64,000 nt of DNA from Macrostomum hystrix (Eukaryota > Animalia > Platyhelminthes). Each line of letters begins with the position of its first letter. The first letter of the stretch is position 1. The position numbers and the translations under genes are program-made. The stretch lies in NCBI GenBank assembly GCA_950097015.1, contig CATNEN010000029.1, positions 6,634,001-6,698,000 on the forward strand, read 5' to 3'. A model generated the notes under the pieces. It saw only the letters and a program-made list of their open reading frames with translations, did no database searches and was not told the origin of the DNA. Positions 26,268 to 36,319 of this stretch are shown here, one piece after another.

Positions 26268-28386
26268 ATGAGAGTATCGGACATCGGAACAGGGACGAAT
26301 GAAGACTTCAGCAATTGGCGCTTCCATCCGCTGCTGTCAGCACAGCTCACCCACTGCATTGAGTCGGACGATGTGCCCCAGATGCTGACGGTGCTCTCTG
26401 AAGCTGGACTCACCGTCGAGCACCTCGGCGGACATCTCTCCTCCGACACTGACCAGTCGTCGCGACGCACCTGTTGGAGATCATCGCGTCCCGCATCCTC
26501 ATCGCACAGAGTCAGCTTCAGCAGAGTGCCTCACCTGAGCATGCTCATGCAGAGCTCACAGGTGCTGAGCTTCATCTCAGCTGAGCATCCTCACCTGCTG
26601 ACGACGCTGGATGACTCGGGCTGTGGTGTGCTGCACTGTCTGGCGATGGCGAGTGTGCTGCGGAGAGAGAGCGCCAGCGGCAGTGGGCAGTCGGCGGCAT
26701 TTGAGACGTTCCAGACTCGCCTGTTTCGCATCCTGAGCGATGCCGAGAGTCCGTGCTCGGAGCAGCAGTGAGTAGCCACTGACATTGAGACGTCTGCAGT
26801 CTCACCTAAGCTCGCATTCCACATGCAGCCCTAACGCTCAGCTTCATGCACAATGTCCACCGATTTCAGGTCGACTCAGAGTCTACTGCACTCGCTCTGT
26901 CTCATTGAGAACTCGACTGGTCTGAGAGCGCTCGAGTTCTCTGTCCTCATCGGAGCATACTCCACATTCCAGTGCATCCTCAATGTTGAGGGATACATTC
27001 TGACAAAGCAGGTGAGCCACGGCATTCGAGTTCGCAGCACCTTCGACCTGCGAGAGTACGACCTGATGCAGGGCGATCGACGGGACAAGAATCCCATGCT
27101 GATGCTGACGCTGATCTCGACGGAGCAGGCGGACTCGCTAGTTCAGTCGAGACTGCTTTGTTCTCCGATAATTAAGAAGTGGATCAAGGAGGTGATTCAG
27201 GACATGAATTGCACATTTTCGGTAAAGCGCTGCTTTCACTCCACATTCTGCGCCACGTTTAGCCCGATAAGTGTACGATTTTTGGCCATTGCTTCCATGC
27301 TGCGGATTGGCTACGAGTACGAGTCTGGGTTCTTCAGGTACGCCGAGTTCCTCAAGTCCCGGATGAACTCCAGCGGCTCGGAATCCTCCTCGGCATACAA
27401 CGCCTCTGAACTCAGCCGGCTTTGCAGTTCCTCCAGTCTGCAGCATTTCCTAACGGACGAATTGCAGCCCGAAAACATGGCCCTTGTTGTGTCATCTCCC
27501 ATCGGAACGGGCTTTTTTAGTCGCCATGATATCGTTTCGTTTGCAGTCTCCGTTCCCACAAACATAGCCAGCTTCGCATTCGTGCAGCTGATTATTGTGC
27601 TTTATAATTTCCTGCGAGACCTGCAACTCACTCGCTGCGATTGGATGCGAGCCATCCGCGGCAGGAGCTACCTGGTGCAGAGCAGCTTCTACAACCGCGC
27701 TATGGGCGTCTGCTTCTGCTCGTCACTTCTGCTCGAGGTAGTCTTTATGCACTTTGACTCAGTTCTAGACTGCACTGCATATGTCAGCGGCAACGTGCAG
27801 CGCAGTGCTAGCTTGTCGCTGATGGTTCTACTGTTCGAGTGCAACGCTGTGCTGTTCGTCATGCTGAATATGTGCAGCTTGATTGACGCCTATGAGATGG
27901 TAGGCCATCAGGTGGCATTTCTCAACATCTGTTTTCGCCGCATTCTGTCGGGATTCCTTCCTACGCTGCTTCTGCTGCTAATCTGGGCCTACTTGGTGTT
28001 CGGGACTCTGTTCTACATTGCTGACTTCAAGGGCGAAGCGTTCAGCGGGCCGCAGGACGTGTTCTACACTCCATTGCGCATTCTGGTCAACACAGCCAAC
28101 CTGCCGCACAATCTGCCTACTGCCGGTGCTACACTCGCTCTTTGCACTGGCGGTGAGCATCAACGTGCAGAACTTTTTCATCGCCACCCTGTCCAAGGAG
28201 TTCGCCACGGCCGCCGAAATGTTTGACGCCATTTACCAGCTGTCCCTGCTCAACTGCTCTATGCGCACCTGGAGACTGTACGCCTTCCTGACCAGGTGCT
28301 GGCGGTTCTGCTGTAACAGGCGTGGGGTGGGGCGCCACACCTGGGTTCTTCGTGTCTGGAGTCTGAAAATGTCTCATTACAAATAG
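26268..28386 (+). pseudogene. TRPV-like channel copy 3, apparently disrupted (broken intron allele plus a +1 frameshift near 28125)
   Basis: Same intron allele as copy 1 (acceptor CAT, in-frame TAA). The homologous C-terminus (VLHSLFALAVSINVQNFFIA...WRLY) continues in the frame of ORF 28018-28386 after an extra base in GCCGGTG. The frameshift could be an assembly error. Confidence 0.65.
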
Positions 28387-28624
28387 CTACTCAAAATTTA
28401 TGCCAGAAAACAGCAATCTATAAAATTTCCATTACGAATTTTCGCTGACGATTGTGTTAAAGGTGTTGATTTTGTATATTTTGCGAATAAAAAAAGGCTT
28501 GGAGTTTCTGAAGTTAATTCTCTCTACGAGTATTAGGCCTCGATTCCCAAGTTCCAGGAACTGACCATTGCAATACGAGCTCAACAGTGTTTTTTTTCGA
28601 ACGAATTAAAGATGCAAAATAGTG

Positions 28625-28905
28625 AATAATATTAATAATAATAATATTGCTAGAGGGCTGCGGGAAATTGGTGGGCAGTTCGGCCCATTTCCGCTGACTC
28701 CTCAGCACACACGCACACAGGTGTGTACACTTACTCTGACCTTCTCATTGTCAGGCGAAGTACACTTTCACTGTGCCTTGGAGTTGGCCCTTTGGGGCGT
28801 AATTTGCACGAAAAGCAACTGCCCCAAATGAATTTGGCCTCTCCGCGGAATCGAGCTCATGGACGTTGTTGCGAGAAGCAAATGCGTTAGACCGCTCTGC
28901 CGCTT
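28625..28905 (-). mobile_element. tRNA-derived SINE with (ATT)n tail
   Basis: Minus strand: A-box-like GGCAGAGCGGTCTAACGC, degenerate B-box GAGCTCGATTCC, non-tRNA body, ending ATTATTATTATTAATATTATT. Confidence 0.6.
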
Positions 28906-29298
28906 ATCCCTCACACAGGAGTGAAGCTTAATCAATAAATTTTTGTTGCTTTCTTATTTCGGTCAGTGCTTAAGCTAAAAAATCAGCATCTAGCTTATCT
29001 TACGTCAACAACAATTAATTTTACAATTGATAAACTGACTAGGCAAACAACTGCTTGGTGAGCGAAACCACATGCAAGCTTCAATTCTGCAGATTAGGGC
29101 TGGCCAACAAACCAGGCTCATGCAAACAAGCTGTGGTCAGGTCGAAGACCTAATCATTCTAATGCTTGTTGCATAAACTCCAACCAACCCAGACCAAGCA
29201 AACAGGATGCCTTGGACGTACAAATTTGAGGCGTTTGATGGATAATTAGATTGGATAGAGCCAATACTGTTATGCCCATTGCATGACTGTGCAAGATT

Positions 29299-31389
29299 AT
29301 GGCACAGCCATCGGATCATAGAGTCTTTGACCAGCTGCTGTCTGCACAGCTGACCCACTGCATCGAGTCCGACGATGTGCCCCAGATGCTGACGGTGCTC
29401 TCTGAAGCTGGACTCACCGTCGAGCACCTCGGCGGACATCTCTCCTCCGACACTGACCAGTCGTCGCGACGCACCTGCTGGAGATCATCGCGTCCCGCAT
29501 CCTCATCGCACAGAGTCAGCTTCAGCAGAGTGCCTCACCTGAGCATGCTCATGCAGAGCTCACAGGTGCTGAGCTTCATCTCAGCTGAGCATCCTCACCT
29601 GCTGACGACGCTGGATGACTCGGGCTGTGGTGTGCTGCACTGTCTGGCGATGGCGAGTGTGCTGCGGAGAGAGAGCGCCAGCGGCAGTGGGCAGTCGGCG
29701 GCATTTGAGACGTTCCAAACTCGCCTGTTTCGCATCCTGAGCGATGCCGAGAGTCCGTGCTCGGAGCAGCAGTGAGTAGCCATTGTCATTGAGACCTCTG
29801 CAGTCTCACCTAAGCTCGCATTCCACAGGCAGCCTCAACGCTCAGCTTCATGCACAATGTCCACCGATTTCAGGTCGACTCAGAGTCTACTGCACTCGCT
29901 CTGTCTCATTGAGAACTCGACTGGTCTGAGAGCGCTCGAGTTCTCTGTCCTCATCGGAGCATACTCCACATTCCAGTGCATCCTCAATGTTGAGGGATAC
30001 ATTCTGACGAAGCAGGTGAGCCACGGCATTCGAGTTCGCAGCACCTTCGACCTGCGAGAGTACGACCTGATGCAGGGCGATCGACGGGACAAGAATCCCA
30101 TGCTGATGCTGACTCTGATCTCGACGGAGCAGGCGGACTCGCTGGTTCAGTCGAGACTGCTTTGTTCTCCGATAATTAAGAAGTGGATAAAGGCTGTCAA
30201 TAATGAAATGGAGTTTCCGATGTACTTACAAAAGGCGGGCCTAGTGTTTTTTTCGCTATTGTTCTCACCGATTTCCTTCGCATTCGAGCAGCCTGCCTCC
30301 ATGCTCCGCACCGGCTATCAGTTGGAGACAGGCTTCCTAGAGTACTCAACCTACCTGAGGGCTGAGCTGTGGCCCAACAGGTCCATGCATAACGCATCTA
30401 CCATTGAGTTGGAGATTCGCAGGAACTGTCAGGCGCATCAGGTGCGCGGCTTCCTCATGGCGGACTCTCACCCAGCCAATCGGCAGGCGTTGCTGAACTC
30501 GCCCGTGTCCTCGCAGGCGGTCACTCGCAAGAGCATCATAGTGAATTCAGTGAACGTTCTGATCATCCTGGGCATATTCCAGGCCTTCAGACTGGCTACA
30601 ATCGTTCTCAGCTTCGTCAAAGACTGGCAGTTCTCGACCTGCAAATGGATGCCAGCTCGCCGCTCGAAGCGAATCGTTCAGACAAAGTTTTTTGACGTCG
30701 CCTACGGGCTTTGCTTCTGCACGGGTGTGCTGTACATCACACTGGCTGTTCAGTTTGACAACTACTTAGACTGCTCAGACTATCTGCTTGGCGTGTCAAG
30801 TGACCGCTCAGCGCTGACACGGTTAGTCCATTGCGCCGAGTGCAGCGCCGCTCTGTACTTCTTTTTCAACATGTTCGGCCTATTCGAAGCGTACGAGACG
30901 GTTGTGAAACAGGCCGCCTTCCTCAGCATCTGCTTTCGCAAGATGCTGGTCAGCTTTCTGCTGGTGCTGCCGCTGCTGCTGCTGTGGGCCTACGCTGTGC
31001 TCGGAAACCTGCTGTACATGACCGACTACAAGGGCCAGGAGTTCAGCTCGCACCTGAGCGTCTGGTACTCGCCGCTGCGCCTGATTGTCAACATGGCGAG
31101 CGTGCCGCATACTCCGTCCAGCTGCCTGCTCCACACGCTGTTTATTCTCACAGTCAGCATTGGCGTTCAAAACTTCATCGTCGGCTACATTGTTAACGCG
31201 TTCAAGGACGTCGCTTCGAAATTCGACATCGTATTTTATCTGAGTAGGTTGGCTTCCGCTATGAAAACCTGGCGCCTGTACCCGGGACTGCTCAGACTGA
31301 CCAGGCTGCTCAGTAGTTCTCTTGGCATGCGACGCGGTGAAAATTTAATTCGTGTCTGGAGCCTAAGAACTAAATTAGCTAAGCTCTGA
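29299..31389 (+). CDS. TRPV-like channel copy 4, intact: exons 29299-29771 and 29829-31389
   Basis: 57-nt GTGAGT...CCACAG intron (29772-29828) joins the ORFs in frame. Ankyrin-like motif, linker and 6TM region present. AATAAA at 31572-31577. Confidence 0.85.
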
Positions 31390-31869
31390 GGTGATCTGGT
31401 AACTGGGAACAGAATATCGATAAACTGAACTGGTGAAAGGCTGTGACTGAATTCTTACTGGATGTTGTTCGCAGCGTATGATCAGCTGGTGCCACCCGTT
31501 GAAGGTCCAGAAACTCCGTCCAGGTGAAGGCAGTAGGCACGGAAGGCTGAGAAGATGATGCAGACACATTTAATAAACTATCAGATGAACTCTAAACACT
31601 TGACAAAGCTCTACTGAGGTGCAGTGCTGATCGGCATGCAAGGGTATCCACCCTTTGACCCTTCGAATGATCTCCTTGATATTCTGCGGTTAAAAATTTA
31701 TGCCAAGCTATTAGTTTACGCTTAAATTGTAGCTCCTATCTTTCGTAAAAGCGCCATTTTTAGTTTTTTTATTCTTTAAATGTTTTCATTCCTTTAAATC
31801 TTCCCACATCGTCCTGCCTCTTCCCCATTCCCCATACCCTTCCCCATTTCTACCGTTTCTGCACTTTTT

Positions 31870-33110
31870 CCAATCTTATCTCAACCCCAATACCATCTCT
31901 ACCCCAATCACATCTCTTTCCCAATCACATCTCTTACCCATTTCTGAATCCTTCCCAATCCCATCTCTTCCCCATTTCTGAATCCTTCCCAATCCCATCT
32001 CTTCCCCATTTCTGAATCCTTCCCAATCCCATCTCTTTCCCAATCCCATTTCTTTCCCAATCCCTTCTCTTTCCCAATCCCATCTCTTTCCCAATCCCAT
32101 TTCTTTCCCAATCCCATTTCTTTCCGAGTCCCATCTCTTTCCCAATCCCATTTCTTTCCCAATCCCATTTCTTTCCCAATCCCATTTCTTTCCCAATCCC
32201 ATCTCTTTCCCAATCCCATCTCTTCCCCATTTCTGAATCCTTCCCAATCACATCTCTTCCCCATTTCTGAATCCTTCCCAATCCCATCTCTTCCCCATTT
32301 CTGAATCCTTCCCAATCCCATCTCTTCCCCATTTCTGAATCCTTCCCAATCCCATCTCTTCCCCATTTCTGAATCCTTCCCAATCCCATCTCTTTCCCAA
32401 TCCCATTTCTTTCCCAATCCCTTCTCTTTCCCAATCCCATCTCTTTCCCAATCCCATTTCTTTCCCAATCCCATTTCTTTCCCAATCCCATCTCTTTCCC
32501 AATCCCATTTCTTTCCCAATCCCATTTCTTTCCCAATCCCATTTCTTTCCCAATCCCATCTCTTTCCCAATCCCATCTCTTCCCCATTTCTGAATCCTTC
32601 CCAATCCCATCTCTTCCCCATTTCTGAATCCTTCCCAATCCCATCTCTTCCCCATTTCTGAATCCTTCCCAATCCCATCTCTTTCCCAATCCCATTTCTT
32701 TCCCAATCCCTTCTCTTTCCCAATCCCATCTCTTTCCCAATCCCATTTCTTTCCCAATCCCATTTCTTTCCGAGTCCCATCTCTTTCCCAATCCCATTTC
32801 TTTCCCAATCCCATTTCTTTCCCAATCCCATTTCTTTCCCAATCCCATCTCTTTCCCAATCCCATTTCTTTCCCAATCCCATCTCTTTCCCAATCCCATC
32901 TCTTTCCGAGTCCCATCTTTTCCCCAATGCCATCTCTTTCCCTAATCCCATCTCTTTCCCAATCCCATCTCTTTCCGAGTCCCATCTTTTCCCCAATGCC
33001 ATTTCTTTCCCTAATCCCATTTCTTTCCCAATCCCATTTCTTTCCCAATCCCATTTCTTTCCCAATCCCATTTCTTCCCCAATCCCATCTCTTCCTCAAT
33101 CCCATCTTTT
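31870..33110. repeat. 17-bp TCCCAATCCCATYTCTT minisatellite
   Basis: Visible tandem array with a longer variant unit. Confidence 0.95.
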
Positions 33111-33714
33111 CCATATATCTGAATCTTCCCTAATCCCGTGTGGGAAAAGAATCAAGGCCAATGAAAAAAGGCTTCCACGTTGGAAACATACAATTCGATC
33201 ATGGGCACTAATTTCAATCGGGTGCGGAGTAAATTTATTTATTTACAGCAGAATCTAAAACACAAGCAACAAGGAGAGTCGGTCATAATAAGCGCGCAGC
33301 ATTTTAAATTACGAGCCGTGGATGAAAAAGATGAGAATTTCTGATTTGCTAAAGCATTACAATTATTGCCTCCCGGCAATATGAATTGTCGTTTGCAGCT
33401 ATGAACAATCAAATAAAAACAGCATAACGTAGCGGTAAAAATATTATTTAGCAGGTAAATAGCATCGTATAGAACTGTGTATTATATATGTTTAAATATA
33501 GATTTGCAAATCAATTTGAACTATAGAATAGAATAATAAAAATCGAATGACCGAGAGAACATAATTTTTAACAGACCGTTTGCTCAGCAACTATTTTGTT
33601 TTGCTCTCGTGGTCTTCAAAAATAACTAAAATAGGAGATATTCGGAACGGGATTTCTTGAAACGTGATTTTTAATTATTTTTTTAATAGGATCGGGATAG
33701 AGTTGGGATTCCAT

Positions 33715-34200
33715 CGACTTGGGATTTCACCGATTAGGGATTTTATCTTTTTGGGATTTTATCTTTTTGGGATTTCATCGATTTAGGGATTTCATCATGT
33801 TGGGATTTTATCTATTAGGTATTTTATCTATTAGGGATTTTATCTATTAGGGATTTTATCAATTTGGGATTTCATCGATTTAGGGATTTCATCATGTTGG
33901 GATTTTATCTATTAGGGATTTTATCTATTAGGGATTTTATCTATTTGGGATTTTATCTTTTTGGGATTTTATCTATTACGGATTTTATCTATTATGGATT
34001 TAATCTTTTAAGGATTTTATCAATTTGGGATTTCATCGATTAGGGATTTTATCTATTAGGGATTTTATCTATTAGGGATTTTATCTATTAGGGATTTTAT
34101 CTATTAAGGATTTTATCAATTAGTGATTTTTTCTATTAGGTATTTAATCGATTAAAGATTTAATCAGTTATGGATTTCATCGATTAGGGATTTTGTCAAT
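33715..34200. repeat. 16-bp GGGATTTTATCTATTA array
   Basis: Visible tandem array downstream of Post2. Confidence 0.9.
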
Positions 34201-34675
34201 TCGTCATTTTCTCCTCATAAATTTAGGTTAAAAGATAGTTGCTAATTTCACAGAGAGTTAGCAATGAGGTCTCGGTCCCACGAAATTCTGCCTACAGATC
34301 CGGAAGCGTTTACAAAGCAATCAGTGCATAAAGAGACGAGACATAACTTAACTCCATTGCCCACTGCATTCACCTGTCCAATTAGCATTCGCATATGGGA
34401 AAGTGTTGAAAACGCATAAGAGGAAGAAAACTTTCTCTCAAAGACGGCTGCAAATAGGTGACAAAAAATTTCTGGAGACGAATGACACCGTAAGGTATTG
34501 GGCTAGGAGGTCACCTTGCATCATTTGTGCATCATTTATGCATGTTGTATATGCGAGCTAAATATATATATTGAGAGACAGAATTGTTGAGGAAAAAATC
34601 CCAGTAGTTTTAGTTTCTTAAAGATTGTGCCTCATCTGTACAGTGTGAATTTCCGGGTGCTTCCAGAGAGGATTG

Positions 34676-34954
34676 TCAAGAGCAAAGTGCTCCAGCGTGT
34701 GCGGCAATGGAAGGATCCTTCAAGTCCATGACCTGCTGGTGGAGTTCCTCCTGCTTGAAGGTGCCCAACTGTTCCATGTGGCCCATCAGCATGTTGCCAT
34801 GGTGATGGTGCATTGCCGGGTGAAGCTGCTGTTGATGCTGGTGGTGTGTCATGGCAGGGCTGACCGACTCGGCGGAGACATTGTCCTCCGATGAGCGGGT
34901 TCGAGTCTGCAGCTTCTTCTTCTTCATCCGGCGATTTTGAAACCAAACTTTCAC
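34676..34954 (-). CDS. Post2: Post2 exon 3, homeodomain helix 3 and C-terminus
   Basis: Acceptor CCCAG, then VKVWFQNRRMKKKKLQ... to TGA at 34678-34676. Phase-0 intron between homeodomain positions 44 and 45. Confidence 0.95.
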   Translation of the reverse strand: MKVWFQNRRMKKKKLQTRTRSSEDNVSAESVSPAMTHHQHQQQLHPAMHHHHGNMLMGHMEQLGTFKQEELHQQVMDLKDPSIAAHAGALCS

Positions 34955-35024
34955 CTGGGGAATAGTGAGTGAATTCCTATTGGTTAGCCAAATCTAAACT
35001 GGATAATTTGGGGATCTGAGGCGA

Positions 35025-35895
35025 GTCAGATTTGGGATCTGAGGCGAGTCAGATTTGGGATCTGAGGCGAGTCAGATTTGGGATTTGAGGTGAGTCAGAT
35101 TGGGATCTGGAGTGAGTCAGATTTGGGATCAGAGGTGATTCATTTTGGGATTTGAGGTGATTCATTTTGGGATTTGAGGTGAGTCAGATTTGGGATTTGA
35201 GGTGAGTCAGTTTTGGGATTTGAGGTGAGTCAGTTTTGGGATTTGAGGTGAGTCAGTTTTGGGATTTGAGGTGAGTCAGTTTTGGGATTTGAGGTGAGTC
35301 AGATTTGGGATCAGAGGTGATTCATTTTGGGATTTGAGGTGATTCATTTTGGGATTTGAGGTGAGTCAGATTTGGGATTTGAGGCGAGTCCGTTTGGGAT
35401 TTGAAGTGAGTCATTTTGGGATCAGAGGTGATTCATTTTGGGATTTGAGGTGATTCATTTTGGGATTTGAGGTGAGTCAGTTTTGGGATTTGAGGTGAGT
35501 CAGTTTTGGGATTTGAGGTGAGTCAGTTTTGGGATTTGAGGTGAGTCAGATTTGGGATCAGAGGTGATTCATTTTGGGATTTGAGGTGATTCATTTTGGG
35601 ATTTGAGGCGAGTCAGATTTGGGATTTGAGGTGAGTCAGTTTTGGGATTTGAGGTGAGTCAGTTTTGGGATTTGAGGTGAGTCAGATTTGGGATTTGAGG
35701 TGAGTCAGATTGGGATCTGGAGTGAGTCAGATGTGAGATTTGAGGTGAGTCAGATTTAGGATTTGAGGTGAGTCAGATGTGGGATTTGAGGTGAGTCAGA
35801 TTTGGGATTTGAGGTGAGTCAGATTTGGGATCAGAGATGATTAATTTGGGAATCTGAGGTGAGTCAGATTTGGGATCAGAGGTGAGTCAGATTTG
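35025..35895. repeat. 23-bp TTTGGGATTTGAGGTGAGTCAG(A/T) array in Post2 intron 2
   Basis: Fills most of intron 2. Confidence 0.95.
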
Positions 35896-36060
35896 TATCT
35901 GAGACGAGTGAGTTTGGGGTCTAATTTAAGTCCAATTATATTTTGGCACAACAAAATTTATTTGTTGTTTCTTTGTTTATCATTTTTCGATTTGGACAAT
36001 CGCGTAAGACTACTCGTACTGCCCGGACTGTGCAGTAGCATGTTCAGGATCGCGAAATAC

Positions 36061-36197
36061 CTGGCGCTCAGTCAGGTGCAGCTGGCAGGAGATCTCCCAG
36101 CGCTTCTGTCGTGTTATATAGGCGTTCATGAGGAATTCCCGTTCGAGCATCGCCGTCTGGTAGCGGGTGTACGGCTTGCGCTTTTTCCGGTTGCGAA
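36061..36197 (-). CDS. Post2: Post2 exon 2, homeodomain residues up to Q44
   Basis: Acceptor CCCGCAG (AG at 36199-36198). Encodes [45 protein letters not shown], with the lophotrochozoan Post2 signature ([20 protein letters not shown]). Donor GTATTT at 36060. Confidence 0.95.
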
Positions 36198-36319
36198 CTG
36201 CGGGCGGCAACAGGCGCGTGGGGTCAAATTAGAAGCTTGAAGAGATTTGGGGATATTTCTGCTTTTCTAATTTCTTTCGTGCTTTATATTTTATAGGAAA
36301 ATCCATGCGATAAGAAGAT

